The translations under genes were made by a program, and so were the position numbers. The notes under the pieces are model-generated. The model had not been told where the DNA came from and did not search any database. It saw only the letters and a list, made by a program, of their open reading frames with translations. Positions 1 to 17,829 of a stretch of DNA of 64,000 nucleotides are shown one piece after another (position 1 is the first letter of the stretch; each line of letters opens with the position of its first letter). Origin of the DNA: Octopus vulgaris (taxonomy: Eukaryota). The stretch lies in NCBI GenBank assembly GCA_951406725.2, contig OX597818.1:117862001-117926000 (forward strand), written 5' to 3'.

Positions 1-224
1 GAATCTTCTAGCGGAACCAGCAATGAAAGCGAGCAGAGGAAAATGGCTGCTCGCGTTACACTTGTAAAGTTTCAGTAGGTTTAAAAAAACTAATAAAGAG
101 GCGTTATTTTTTTTTCTTTACGTTTGTGGTGGCGTCATTGGTAGTTGTGGTAATGTAGTTGTGGATTTGAATTTTAAATGTTTTATGGTGACGACCACCA
201 CTATGACAGAGACAACAGTGCTGC

Positions 225-410
225 TGCTGATGATGATGATGGTGATGATGATGATGAGATGACGACGTCGACAATGATTGTGATAATGATGATGACGATG
301 ATGGTAATGATGATGATGATGATGATGATGATGGTGATGACGACGACGATGATGGTGATGACGGCGTCGATGATGATGATGATGATAATGACAATGATGG
401 TGATGATGAC

Positions 411-443
<33 letters not shown>

Positions 444-660
444 AGTTGTAATGGAAACGATGAGTGAAGTGATGAACAATGGTAATAGTAGTGGCGGTGG
501 CGGTGGCGGTGGTGATGGTGATGGTATTGATGTTAGTCTGTCGGTGTCGGTAGCAGTGGCGCTGTTTATGGTGATGTTGATGACGAACTTGGATTTTATT
601 TTAATAAACTATGGTGACGACGACGATAACGATGGTGATGATGATGGCGCAAGTGGAGAG
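225..660. repeat. Compound (GAT/GGT/GAC)n trinucleotide microsatellite
   Basis: Direct reading; explains the poly-M/D/H/S ORFs at 104-681. Confidence 0.95.
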
Positions 661-792
661 GAGTTGGAATTCCTAGAGTAAACGTAACAGCGATGGCTGT
701 TGTAATGGGGGTGTTCCTAATACTGGTGGCGGCGGCAGTGGGAGCATTAGGTTTATTTTTTTTTTATTCAAAGACGTTAACGATGATTTATA

Positions 793-995
793 TTCTTTTA
801 TGCTTTTACTTGTTTCTGTCATTTTGACTGCGGCCATGTTGGAGCACCGCCTTTAGTCGAGCAAATCGACACCAGGACTTATTCTTTGTAAGGCTAGTAC
901 TTATTCTACCGGTCTCTTCTGCCAAACCGGTAAGTTAGGGTGACGTAAAGGCACCAGCATCGGTTTTTAAGCGATGTTGGGGGACACACACACAA

Positions 996-1044
<49 letters not shown>

Positions 1045-1208
1045 CAACGGGCTTCTTTCAGTTTCCCTCTACCAAATCCACTCACAAAGCTTCGGTTGGC
1101 CCGAGTCTATAATAGAAGGCACTTGCCCAAGATGCCACGCAGTGGGACTGAACCCGGAACCATGTGGTTTGTTAGCAAGCTACTTGCCACGCAGTCAATC
1201 ATGCGCCT
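793..1208 (-). mobile_element. SINE family A (tRNA-like head, internal (TA)n/(TG)n, CR1-type 3' tail)
   Basis: Reverse complement of the ~400 bp repeat at 5575-5983 and 38832-39232. Confidence 0.92.
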
Positions 1209-1779
1209 ATATTTATATATTTATTTAATTATTTTCTGCCTGTTGCTTTTTTTTCTTTTTTCTTTCGGTGTTGTGCCGGCATACTACATAGTAACAAGAC
1301 GTGAAATAGAAGTCGGTGGCGGAGCCGACGATTTCGGCGGCAATATTGTTGCTTATACAACAACCGCTAGCACCAACACAGGCAGCTCGGAATCAAAAGC
1401 AAAACCAAGCAAACATAACAGTTAATAAATAAAGAAAACAGCAAAAAAAAAAAAAGAAAAGAAACATACTTTAGCTACTAAAATGAGTAGTAGGAGTACT
1501 GGCAGTTAGTTGTTTGGTGTAGATGCGTCGCTGTTGATTTCGTACGTCTATCTCTTCGAGTTTTCATTGGTCTATAAAAAGTAAATTGATCGATTTTTCT
1601 CAATGGGAGAAATGTGGTCAGCATCAACGATTCGATTGATGAATGAATAGAACTACAAAGAAATAAATAAATTAGTATAATCATAATAATATTCGTGTCT
1701 CGCTGGTTGGCTTACATAAATATTTATATGTGCGTTAAGTGTGTGTCTTCGTGTGCAAGTGTGCAAGTATGTGAGTGCC

Positions 1780-1790
1780 TGTTTATCTAC

Positions 1791-1868
<78 letters not shown>

Positions 1869-1943
1869 GTCTATCTATCTTTCTATCAATCTATCTATCT
1901 TTCTATCAATCTGTCTATCTCTCTCTCTATATGTGTGTTTATT

Positions 1944-2004
<61 letters not shown>

Positions 2005-2444
2005 ACACATATGTATATATTATATATATATTTATATACACACACATATACACACAGTTATACATATAATTTGATATATATATATATATATATATAAATA
2101 CATACATATACATGTGTGTGTATGTGTATTTGTGTGTGAATGAGTGTACATTTATATATATATATATGAGTTGTCTTGGTGGCTTGTTTGTGTGCTGGTT
2201 CGTTGGCTGGTTGGCTGGTATGTTCGGTTTATATAAGTTGACGGAATGACTGACTGACTGTCTGACTGAATGAATGAATGAATGCCTGAGTGAATGAATG
2301 AATGAATAAGACATGTGAATGGATATTTCCTATGAATGAATTAAATGGACTTACAAACGACAAGGCGAGACTACAGTAGCTTGATGCCATTTCAAACACA
2401 ACATAAGCCATCTCAGGCTGATGCTCGACAAATATATAACTTAA

Positions 2445-2530
<86 letters not shown>

Positions 2531-2591
2531 GCTAGCTAGCTAGCAATTGATTTGTCTATCAGTCTCTGTCTATCTATCTATCTATCTATCC

Positions 2592-2667
<76 letters not shown>

Positions 2668-2980
2668 CGCCTAATTTTTTCCCGGTCCCTTTTGATCGGA
2701 ATTTTACATTTGTTTCCTTCCTTTTCTTCTTGTTTTTCCATCTTGTATTAGTCCCCTCTGTGTCCAGCACTGTGTGGCCAATAAAGAAAGTTATCCATAT
2801 TACTTTCTTTCTTTCCATCGATTTATTTAGTGATCTATCTATTTATTTACCTCTCTATGAACCTTTGTAGGTGTGTATGTATGTATCTGACTACATATCT
2901 TTCTATCTATCTCTCTATCTATCTATCGATCTATCTACATGTCTGTTTACCTGTCTGTATGTATCTACCAATCTATCTAT
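1780..2980. repeat. Microsatellite cluster (TATC)n, (TA)n, (TGAA)n
   Basis: Direct reading. Confidence 0.95.
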
Positions 2981-4680
2981 CTAGCTTTCGATAGGGTAGA
3001 CCATCGATACTTCGAGGCTGTCCTCAGAGCGGCTGGCTTCGGTCCCGTCTTCCACGGCTGGATAGCCGCTTTGTACAGAGGCATCCGTTCGGTAATTCGC
3101 GTAAATGGTCATCTATCGAGACCTTTCGATATCGCATGTTCAGTCCGTCAGGGATGCCCCCTCTCCTCGCTTCTATACGTATTGACTCTCGAGCCATTAT
3201 TGCGGAAGCTGGCAACTCTGAGGGGCATCCCGCGAGAACTGGGATGCGGGACGAGCGTGTCTGCATACGCGGACGACGTCACCGTCATAGTGTCTAGCCA
3301 CGAGCACATCGAGCAGGTCGGCGAGACACTGAAAAACTACGAAGCGGTGACAGGAGCGAAAATCAACCGGGAAAAGTCAGTGGGCTTGCGACTAGGCACC
3401 TGGAGAAGCAAGCCCATGCCGTCCACCAGCGCCACCCGTTGTGGGACGCTGGACCGACGGTCTGGTCGAGTTGCTCGGGCTCTGGTTCGGTCCGGACCTC
3501 CAAATGGAGAAGCACTGGAACGAGATAATGAGTAGAGTGGTCACTCTCGCCCGGCAATGAGCCGAGAGGAAACTGTCCCTAAAAGGTCGGGCGGAGGTGG
3601 CGAACACGTACATCGCGTCCGTCATCTACTACCGCCTGACTGTCGTGCCTTGCCCCGACCCTACCATCACCAAACTAGAACGCATTCTCTTCCGTTTCTT
3701 GTGGAAAGGATGCGTCCCGTTGGTCAGGTGATCCATTTGCTGTCAACACCCGTTAAAACGAAGATTGGGCATGCCGTGGTTGATGATGCGCAGACAGGCG
3801 CTGAGTCTGCGACATCTCCGGCTCTTCGTGGACGACGGTGAACAGGTGTGGTCGCCGTTTATGAGGCACGCTTTCCCGCAACTAGTCTCCATGACCGAAC
3901 TGCAGTCGTGGATCAAAAAGAGTCCGAGGGAGGGCGAATGGCACCGCGAGTCTCGCGTTGCTCTCAAGCAACTCTGCCGTCCCGGGTCGACCCTGAGTGA
4001 CTCCATCACAATCCAAGCATTCTATAGAGGATTAGTGGAAAGGAGGTACGACGACGAGCTCAGGGCGAACCTGGAAGTCGACGAGGAATACCTGACCCGC
4101 CTGTTCGGGACGACTGTCGGGCCAGGGCCCATGGGCAACTTCCAGAGATCCCTGGTCTGGCAGTGCTACCGAGAAGCGCAACCCGTTCGGGATAAGCTCT
4201 ACAGACACGGCTCGAGAAACACGGGGCCGAACTGCCCGAGATGCGGTCAGAGCGACGAAACCGTTCTGCACGCTCTCGTGCAGTGTCCAACAATTTCCGA
4301 CCTGTGGGCTTATGTCGAACAACTGCTGTCACGTGTGGGACAAGTCGGTTTATCAGCTGAGTCTATCGTCAATATTGTCACGCATCCTTCCTTCAAACGG
4401 GAAGGAAGAGCTATTTTAATCATACTTGTGGCCATGGCGAAAGAATGTATCTGGTGGACGCGTCTGAAAGGATTGGAGACAAACACTTTCCTCTCTGGTC
4501 AATCTCTCATCAACTTATTCAAGTACCACTTGAAAAGGAAAGTGAGAGTAGAGAGGCAAGTTTTGTCTAGCAAATGTTTAAAAAAAAGATGGGTGAATGT
4601 AGCAAGGATGGCACGTATGGATGACGAAGCCACCTTGAGCATAATCCTATGAACCCAGAAATTGAAAACAGAGGGTTACC
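2981..4680 (+). mobile_element. 5'-truncated Tx1/L1-clade non-LTR retrotransposon (RT + C-terminal CCHC), pseudogenised
   Basis: AFDRVDH, VRQGCPLS, SAYADDVTV, GAKIN..KS and CPRCGQSDETVLHALVQC motifs in ORFs 2939-3535 and 3765-4652; frameshift near 3430, stops near 3558 and 3728; (TATC)n on both sides. Confidence 0.9.
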
Positions 4681-4766
4681 CACTTACAAACAAATCTACC
4701 TATCTACTTATGTAGTATCTATCTATCTACTTACCAACGTATTCTTTTATCTATCTATCAATCTAA

Positions 4767-4851
<85 letters not shown>

Positions 4852-5249
4852 GATCGATCGATCGATCTAGCAGGTGCTATTATGTTAGACATAGCCTGGG
4901 GCAATATTGGCCGAAACCTATCAAAGTATATTAATCTTTACATATATATTTGTAAAATCTGCGTACATGTGTGTGTAAGTTTACTTACATGTGAGTCATT
5001 ACGGAGAATTATGAAATTGATCCGCAGCTTACAACATATTGGGTCGGCGCAGTCTAAACTTGATCGACTAAGTTAATGTTCCATATATTATCCAACATAT
5101 GCAGAAAACATTTATGACGACATATTCAGATTCGTGGGGGAAATGGTGTGAGTTCTAGCTTCATCAAGCAATTGCCTAGGAAAATACACAACGTCTGAAT
5201 GTTGAGAGGTTGAAAAAAGGTTGCCGATTGTAAAGTATAAAAACGATAA

Positions 5250-5516
5250 ACGTCGCCCTTTTTCAAGCCTAGCCAGGCTCATGGGCCCGGTTTCCCCCTT
5301 GCTTGACGGGACGCCAGACCATCGCAGCGTTACTCAAGAAACAGGAAAAGAGAGTGAGTGAAAATTGTGTCGAAAGAGTACAACAGAGGTCGCCACCACT
5401 CCCTGCCGGAGCCTTGTGGGGCTCTTAGGTGTTTTCGCTCAATAAACACACACAACGCCCGGGTTGGAAATCGAAACCGCGAGTCCGCTTCCTAACCACT
5501 GGGCCATTGCGCCTCC
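5250..5516 (-). mobile_element. Chimeric SINE: family C head/body joined to a family E-type 3' tail
   Basis: 5340-5516 matches 6866-7045 and 40960-41146; 5250-5335 matches the tail of 48836-48950. Confidence 0.75.
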
Positions 5517-5574
5517 GATTGTAAATTATAAATGATTTTAAATGATTTACGTAGCTAAATGTTTGTAGGTATTT

Positions 5575-5983
5575 GGAGTGGCTGTGTGGTTCCGGGTTCA
5601 GTCCCACTGCGTGGCACCTTGGCCAAGTGTCTTCTACTATAGCCTTGGGCAAACCAAAGCCTTGTGAGTGGATTTGGTAGACGGAAACTGAAAGAAGGCC
5701 GTCGTATATATGTATATATATACATGTATATATATATATATATACATGTATATATATGTATGTGTGTGTGTATATTTGTGGTCTGTGTTTGTCCCCCCAA
5801 CATCGCTTGACAACCGATGGTGGTGTGTTTACGTCCCCGTAATTTAGCGATTCTGCAAAAGATACCGATAGAATAAGTACTAAGCTTATAAAGAATAAGT
5901 CCTGGGGTCGATTTGCTCGACTAAAGGCGGTGCTCCAGCATGGTCGCAGTCAAATGATAGAAACAAGTAAAAGAGTAAAAGAG
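5575..5983 (+). mobile_element. SINE family A
   Basis: Near full copy ending gaaacaagtaaaagagtaaaagag. Confidence 0.92.
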
Positions 5984-6189
5984 TTATAAGGGGGTGGGGC
6001 TGAATTTAACAGCATCATAAGTTAACTCCTTTGGAGCGTATGAAGATTAGAAGTTGTCTTTGAGAAAAAAAAAAATTAGCTAAGGAGGAGGGGAAACCAT
6101 GTGAATATTAGAAAAGCCTTTTCTGTATCATGATGATCCAAGCCGCGTATCAAAATATCGACCTTATGACTACTGTTCATTGCTCTGTC

Positions 6190-6720
6190 AACACTGTAAA
6201 GGCTGTATGATATTACATGGGGAGTTGTAACGAAGAATACGAAGCCGTGACCATTAAACAGGAGCACGGCGGGATCTGACAGCATCCGCACTTCGCATTT
6301 AATCCAGCATCTTTGAAAAGGGGTTAATATGTGATGGATATGGCTATGTGAATCTGCTAGAGTCTGTAGTCAATCACTGCTTTTGAATGGTTGCTGCTAG
6401 GAAATCATATGTGTGGGAGCAGGATTTTGGCCCCTTGCTCTACCTCCAGAAAATGCCAGAAGTTGTTGGAGAATTCCTATAACGACATCAGCCCGACTTT
6501 GAACTCCTAATCAGCCCTATTGTAATCCCGTGGGTTACTATGTATGGGGCGCGGTTGAGCAAAGTATCGAATGCTCACCATGCAACATCAATGCCGAGCT
6601 AGTGGCAAAGAACAAGGTACCTGAAGACCTTCGAAGGGACAGAGTGAAGAAAGCTTGCACTAGGTCCAACATTTGTCTTGGGGCTTTGGTGGATACTGCG
6701 GGCGACTACTTGCAGTAAAC
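6190..6720 (+). pseudogene. Decayed Tc1/mariner-superfamily (maT/DD37D-like) transposase relic
   Basis: Frame-broken YVW(E)QD..PC.TSRKCQK.L and CNPVGYYVWGAVE, resembling YVWQQDSAP and SPDCNPLDYYVWG motifs. Confidence 0.7.
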
Positions 6721-6865
6721 TCTTATCTCACCCTCCCCTATAATCTAAGTAATATTTTTTTGATTCTTTAACAATGTTTATTCTTTAAATGGGATATTGG
6801 TTTTCTTTCGTTTTATGCAAATAACCAAATTTATCCCGAACCCCATGTATATATAACCATGTATG

Positions 6866-7232
6866 GGAGGCGCAGTTGCCCAGTGGTTAGGGCAGCGGAC
6901 TCGCGGTCGCAGGATCGGAGTTTCGATTCCCAGACGTTGTGAGTGTTTATTGACTGAAAACACCTAAAGGTCCACCAGGCTCCGGCAGTGGGTGGTGACG
7001 AATCCTGCTATACTCTTTAACCACAACTTTCTCTCACTCTTTCTTCTTGTTTCTGTTGTACCTGTATTTCAAAGGGGCAGCCTTGTCACACTCTGTGTCA
7101 CACTGAATCTCCCCGAGAACTACGTTAAGGGTACACGTGACCGTGGCGTTCTCAGTCACTTGCACGTTAATTTCACAATCAGGCTGTTTCGTTGATCCGA
7201 TCAACTGGAGCCCTCCTCATCGTAACCGACGC
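6866..7232 (+). mobile_element. SINE family C (tRNA-derived head)
   Basis: A box-like ttgcccagtgg and B box gtttcgattcc; homologous to 17530-17827 and 40960-41146. Confidence 0.85.
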
Positions 7233-7417
7233 ATTATAAAATAGAATAGAGTTTGAACAGAGCTGAATTGCAAACATCTTGCATACATATTTACATAAAT
7301 ATATAGACTGATAGACTGATAGATACAAGTATCAATTCAGTGGTAAGAAGCTGTATGTATATTTTTAAAATGATTCTAGTATCCATTCTCGCGGGCACTT
7401 AGGGAAAAATGCTAAGT

Positions 7418-7585
7418 TCATCATCATCATCATTGTTCGACCGTGGTCGAGACAATGGAATTTACCATGCTACGCCAGACTTCACGGTCCATCATGGCAT
7501 TACGGAGATCCTGTTGCTGGATGCCTGTATCCCTGGAGATTACATCAGTGTAGGAGAGTGTGCGCCCTCTGGTATTGCGAGTTAC
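7418..7585 (-). mobile_element. RTE-clade LINE 3' end with (ATG)n tail
   Basis: RGRTLSYTDVISRDTG..DLRNAMMDREVWRSMV C-terminus followed by a short tandem tail. Confidence 0.75.
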
Positions 7586-7784
7586 TGATTCTGTAAACAA
7601 ACCGAAACCGGGTGACAAGAAGTATGGCCGACAGACATAAACACAAATCACTCGCAAACATACAGACACACACGCATGTACATATAAATACATATTAACA
7701 TACATACATAACTACGTACGTACCTACCTACATACATACATACATACATACATACACACACATGTTTATATGTATGCATGTATT

Positions 7785-8180
7785 CTTATTTCTCTATTCT
7801 TTTATTCGTTTCAGACATTCGAGTGCGGCCATGCTGGAACACTGCCTTTGGTCTAACGAATCGACATACTTACTTATTCTATCGGTGTTTTTTTGCCGAA
7901 CCGCTAAGTTACTGGGACACCAACACACTAACATCGGTTGTCAAGCGATTGGCAAGGGAGACAAATACAGAGACTAACACACACGGACACTGTCACACAC
8001 ACACATATATATATACGACGGGCTTCTTTCAGTTTCCGTCTCCCAAATCCACTCGCAAGGCTTTGGTCTGCCCGAGGCTATAGAAGAAAACACTTGCCCT
8101 AGAGGTCACACGGTGGGACTGAACTCGGAACCATGTGGTTAGAAAGCAAGTTACTTAACAGACAGCCACTCCTGTTCCTA
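7785..8180 (-). mobile_element. SINE family A (diverged)
   Basis: Homology to other family A copies. Confidence 0.85.
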
Positions 8181-8187
8181 TATACGG

Positions 8188-12357
<4,170 letters not shown>

Positions 12358-12809
12358 CACCGACACACGCAAAGTTATACGCGTAAGAGAATTGTTCGTA
12401 TGTGGACGGTGATGAAACCGATAAAAACAAAAAGGTAGTTGCGAAAAAATATTTCAAGAGATTTGTGGCTCGTTACATCACTTATTCAAAATGATGCTGC
12501 TACTGAAAACGCAATGCAATCGATATGCGGATAAATATTTCGGGTGGATACTGGAAACTGTTTAATAACCAGACGGATGGGACGGTTAGATGCGTTGCTG
12601 CTGTTGCCGATGTTGCAGTTATTGCTGCTGCTGCTGCTGCTGCTGCACTACTAGTATTTCGGTTTGTTGCTGTATGCTCGGATTGTTTGTTGTTATGATG
12701 TGTATGACTAAGTTCACAAGGAAAAAATAAATTCTGACGCCCACCTAACACATTCGTTTACGTAACATTCGGTCAAATTATAAGTTATAACAAATTTAAG
12801 AGCTTATAC

Positions 12810-12864
<55 letters not shown>

Positions 12865-12911
12865 GCATATGTGTGTGTGTGTATGTGTGCGTGTGTGTGT
12901 GTGCATAAGTG

Positions 12912-13231
12912 AAGACGTATGGCTCAGGGGTTAGAGCGTCGAGCTTACGATCATGAGGTTGAGAGTTGGAATCTGCGTGTAGTCTTCTTGAGCAAGACAC
13001 TTCATTTCACGTCGCTCCAGTTCACTCAGCTGTAGAAATGAGTTGCGACGTCACAGGTGCCAAGCTGTATTGGCCCATTTGCCTTTCCCTTGGATAACAC
13101 TGGTGGCGTGGAGAGGGGAGGCTGGTATGCATGGGCGACTGCCGGTCTTCCATATGCAACCTTGTCCGGACTTGTGCCTCGGAGGGTAACTTTCTAGGTG
13201 CAATCCCATGGTCAGTCATGACCGAAGGGGG

Positions 13232-13235
<4 letters not shown>
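12912..13235 (+). mobile_element. SINE family B (tRNA-Arg-like head, ACG loop)
   Basis: tggctcaggggttagagcgtcgagcttacgatc head; homologous to 47497-47832. Confidence 0.88.
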
Positions 13236-13299
<64 letters not shown>

Positions 13300-13304
<5 letters not shown>

Positions 13305-13495
13305 AGATCGTTAGCCACTACACACATTTTATCCTGTCCTTGTTTCTCTCCTTGTTTTTTTCTGTGTCTCTTTCTGTAGAAGAGCGTAGGCTCGAAACGT
13401 AAAATACTTTTTGTATTCCTGAGCGTTATACTAATACATCTGTTTGTTTTGTACACCACCTGTCTTCGTCTTTTGCCTTTTTTCGAAACTCTCCC

Positions 13496-13497
<2 letters not shown>
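13300..13497 (+). mobile_element. Family H1 Penelope-like element in (TA)n with hammerhead-like motif at 13371-13404
   Basis: ttt-CTGTAGA-a-gagc(gtag)gctc-GAAAC-GTA-aaa; (TA)n on both sides. Confidence 0.65.
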
Positions 13498-13531
<34 letters not shown>

Positions 13532-15760
13532 GGTGTGGGTGTGTCTGTGGGTGTGTGTGTGTGTAATGCACACTCAGAATTACTGCAATTGCTAATCACT
13601 GCACCCCAGAAACAGACGTAATTTATTGTTTGGATTCTTTTTTCTTCCATCTGTGATGTCAAAGTATGTGCTCTCCAGAGAGCTTCCTATCTTTGAAGAA
13701 ATACTATGACGGATTACCACGATTTTTCCTCTTTCTTAGGAATATTGTAGAATAAGCTTTTCGGATATATACCGATTTTTGAAGAATTACAATACACTTT
13801 CGTTTTCCTGCTGTTATCGGTTTTCATGTTAAATTATATTTATCCTCAATTCTCTGTAACTATTTCATGAACGCTTTCATGCCCTTAATATTCGCCTGAC
13901 CATCTTTTAATTTACTATATTTTCAATAGTTCAAATAACATATCGTGCTTGCTAGATTCCGTCGCCTATAGTTTGATGTTGGATCTTATGTATTGCATTT
14001 CGTCTGAGAACTCATATTTGTCTATGCAGCATACTCTTTTGACGTACATTTATGCAGTAAATGCACATAGGAAATACTTATATAATTTTCTGATCTGGTG
14101 AAGTTCGTATTCTGAAAATCTGAAACTATACAATGTTAATAGTGTAACAGTACATATATGTTTACTTTATTTACTGACGTCGTCAGAGTATGTTAGTCTA
14201 ACTTCACATGTTAAATATTTAACCGATTGATTAAGAATAAGGGGTTATATATTGAATTACTACACGCATTTGTAATTATTGGTGTAATGACCCTCTCAAA
14301 ATACAAGTTTCATAAATGAAGAAATCACGAATTACGGTAGAATAAATCTATAAACATTGGTTATAAAAATGGAGGCGAAGGAATGACTGAAGAAAGAAGT
14401 AACCTCGGCGATACATATACAAGAAGAATGCAAGGGTGGAAATTAAGTGGAGTCGGGGGGAAAAAGTAGGGGAAGCGTGCTGTTTGCGTAGCACGGAACA
14501 AGGAAAGAGAGAGCCGTTACTGACATTGATGGACATAAAGATATATCGGATAGGAGATGTATTATGGCTAAAGGAGAATTCAAAATGAGACATAATGGTA
14601 ACTTTTCGACCGTGTGTGAGTGTATATCGCAGTTCCAAAGTTCATTCAAATGCTTAATCATTTGATAAGGCGAAAGAGAATATAACTAGGGGTAAACTGT
14701 ATGCTGGGATTTTGTAAATTTGTGCTCCGTTGAGACGGTTCCAAATATTTATTTCCGAAATTCCTTCCATATCTTCATAGCTGAGTGCAAAATGCTAATT
14801 TGTAATTTGAAAGTTCATCATACTTCAGCTGTAGTTTGACTAAGTTCAAATTGTTTCAATTTGGCCAGTGTGATAAACCTTGTCCTTTATGATGTAACCT
14901 ATATTAATAGAGATTTATTTAGAAAGGCCCTACCATCCCTATTAACCCGAAGACCTCCAGTTTTGCTTGATCTATTCTGGAACGTACAAATAAAAAACAT
15001 CTACTTAAATAAAAAAAGTAGACCTCATAATTCTTCGGACATAAAATGGTTATTCCTTCTGTATCAAACTCATACAGTATTGTCTATAGTTCTTGGAAAC
15101 CCTGCATTTCATTCCATAAACGATTCATATGTGATTCGTGGACGCAGATTAGATTCCAAATGTACATCCTGAATTTCAAATTAAGTTTTTTTATATGTAT
15201 CTTAGCATTCCCCAAACATTGATTCGCATTTCGATTTTGGCATTTTATAAGTAACCCTGCGATTATTCTACAAAGTGACTGAATTCAGCAAAGGCCTTAT
15301 TTGTATAGTCTTATATAAAGTAGATTTAACTTATTGATTTTCGAAATGAGACATTATTGTATAGATTTGTTCCGATTTAATTTTAGTTGTTTTGAGGTTG
15401 CACGGCCTAGTCGTTGGGGGTGTTGCAACCACGATCGCAAGATCGCGATTTCATGGCTCGTGGTTTCACTGGCGGAGAGGGTTATGCGTTGTGTTCTTGT
15501 GTAAAACGTTTCATGTCATGTTTGTCCGCGATCACCTCAATACTTGATGCGTGGGTCAGCTGGCAGCTGTTCAGGCAATGTTGGTTTGATAGAGAGAGTG
15601 AGCTATTGTACTACGTAAACATTTGATCACTTTCCCCGTCAAATCATGTAAAAAACATCGCAAAATTATCTTTACCGGATTATGAGAGACCACCATCATC
15701 ATTTTCAGCTTGTAGACAAAATTCCAGTCTACTAAGATACATTTGCATGGAATATCTGAT

Positions 15761-15836
<76 letters not shown>

Positions 15837-16419
15837 TGCAATGCTTCTCTTTAATGGAAATGGGAAAAAAAATTAAATAAACCTAGAAAACTTACGGAAT
15901 AGTCTAAAACATATTTCCATTAGATTTTTTCATATGGAAATACACGTTTTCGTCAAAGATATTTGCAGCACAAATATTATTGGTAGAAAATGGTAAAAAA
16001 TAAAATAAAACGAATTTTGGGCTAGTTTCATGAGTAATTTAGCACCTCACCACGGGGTCAACAGCAGACGGAGGAAATAATATTTTCTTAATAAAGCATA
16101 AAGTCTCAAGTTGATAAAATAGGCGGGAAAACGAATTGTTTTACAATCTCAGAAGCACTAGCAACATAAAAGGACAGATTCCAGCAGTGAATTTCTAATC
16201 CTGCTGGGGTCACAGTTTGCAAATAATCTATACCAGCACTATGGCGGTCGCCAATGTAATCCATCACAGTGTGACAACATTTGTAGTCAAGCAAACAATT
16301 TAATCATTACTCATTATTCTTGTCTTTTGTCTCAATTCATAACTGTGATATCGCTAAACAATTCCATATTTTTATGTATGCAGAGTACCGCCTTGGGTAT
16401 ATACACAAACAAATACACA

Positions 16420-16477
16420 CACACGCACACGATCTTACACACAACACACACACACACATACACACACACAAACACAC

Positions 16478-16557
<80 letters not shown>
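16420..16557. repeat. (CA)n microsatellite
   Basis: Direct reading. Confidence 0.95.
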
Positions 16558-16562
<5 letters not shown>

Positions 16563-16732
16563 TATCAATGTTTTCCTGTATGTGAAGTTATATATATAAA
16601 ACATATGACATTAGATAAAAGGATCGTGTAATGCCTACCGGCATTTCTTCTTGTTCTTTAGGTACGGGTTTCAAATTCTACCCGAGGTCGAATTTGCCTT
16701 TTATATATTTTCGGGTTCGTTAAGATAAGTAC

Positions 16733-17121
16733 ATTTCTACTATAGGCACAAGGCCTGCTTTTGTTGGGGTAGGGGACTAGTCGATTACATCGACCCCAGC
16801 GTTTCACTGGTATTTATTTTACTGACCCCGAAAGTATGAAAAGCAAAGTTGACCTCGGCGGAATTTGAACTCAGAACGTAGCGACCGGCGAAATACCGCT
16901 AAGCATTCTTTTCTACTCAAGGCACGAGGCCCGAAAGTTTTGGGGAGGGGGCCAGTCGATTAGAGTGATCCCAGTACGCAGATGGTACTTAATTTATCGA
17001 TCCCGAAAGGATGAAAGGCAAAGTCGACCTCTGCGGAATTTGAACTCAGAACGTAGCGACGGGCGAAATACCACTAAGCGATTTCGTCCAGCATGCTAAC
17101 GATTCTGGCAGCTCGCCGCCC
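16733..17121 (-). mobile_element. Dimeric SINE family D nested in an older + strand D-like monomer (16660-17215)
   Basis: 15-bp TSD cgttaagataagtac at 16718-16732 and 17123-17137. Confidence 0.88.
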
Positions 17122-17321
17122 CCGTTAAGATAAGTACCAGCAGAACACTGAGGTAGATGTACTGAACTTAAATTTTCCCTTAAAATTGCTCGCTTTGCGC
17201 CAAAATTTAAACCAGTTTTGCAGCCTTAAGAATGAGTGCAGTTTTGGCCTCGCTTTGTGCCACATATCTCTCAAATATTTTCTAGAATACTGAACGCAAC
17301 TTCACTTCACGCTCATTGATA

Positions 17322-17829
17322 TGTGACCCCCTTCGGTCATTAATGACCATAGGATTGCACCTAGAAAGTTACGCTCCGAAGCACAAGTCTGGGCAAGGTG
17401 GTTTATGGAAGACCAGCAGCTGCCCAGGCAAACCAGACTTCCCTCTCCACGCCACCGATGTAATCCAAGGGAAAGGCAAAGGCCAATACAGCTTGGCACC
17501 AGTGACGTCGCAGCTCATTTATTAACGTGCAAATGGCTGAGCGCTCCACAGACACGTGTACCCTTAACGTAGTTCTTGGGGAGATTCAGCGTGACACAGA
17601 GTGGGATAAGGCTGGCCCTTTGAAATACAGGTACAACGAAACAGGAAAAAAGAGTGAAAGTTGTGGCGAAAGAGTACAGCAGGGTTCAACACCACCCCCT
17701 ATCGGAGCCCCGTGGAACTTTAGGTGTTTTGGCTCAATAAACACTTAGAATGCTCGGTCGGGGAATCGAAACCGCGATCCCACGACCGTTAGTCCGCTGT
17801 TCTAACCACTGGGCCATTGCACCTCCAGA
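17322..17829 (-). mobile_element. Chimeric SINE (family C head/body + family B 3' half) inserted as one unit
   Basis: 14-bp TSD cacgctcattgata at 17308-17321 and 17830-17843. Confidence 0.85.

Noticed and set aside
1096-1425. Recurring ORFs with RRHLPKVPRSGTEPGTMWLVSKLL
   Set aside because: Antisense translation of SINE family A; the recurrence reflects the repeat
104-2870. Poly-M/I/S/H and YLSI/IY ORFs (also at 12 kb, 22 kb, 50-51 kb, 59-60 kb)
   Set aside because: Translations of microsatellites lacking stops, not genes
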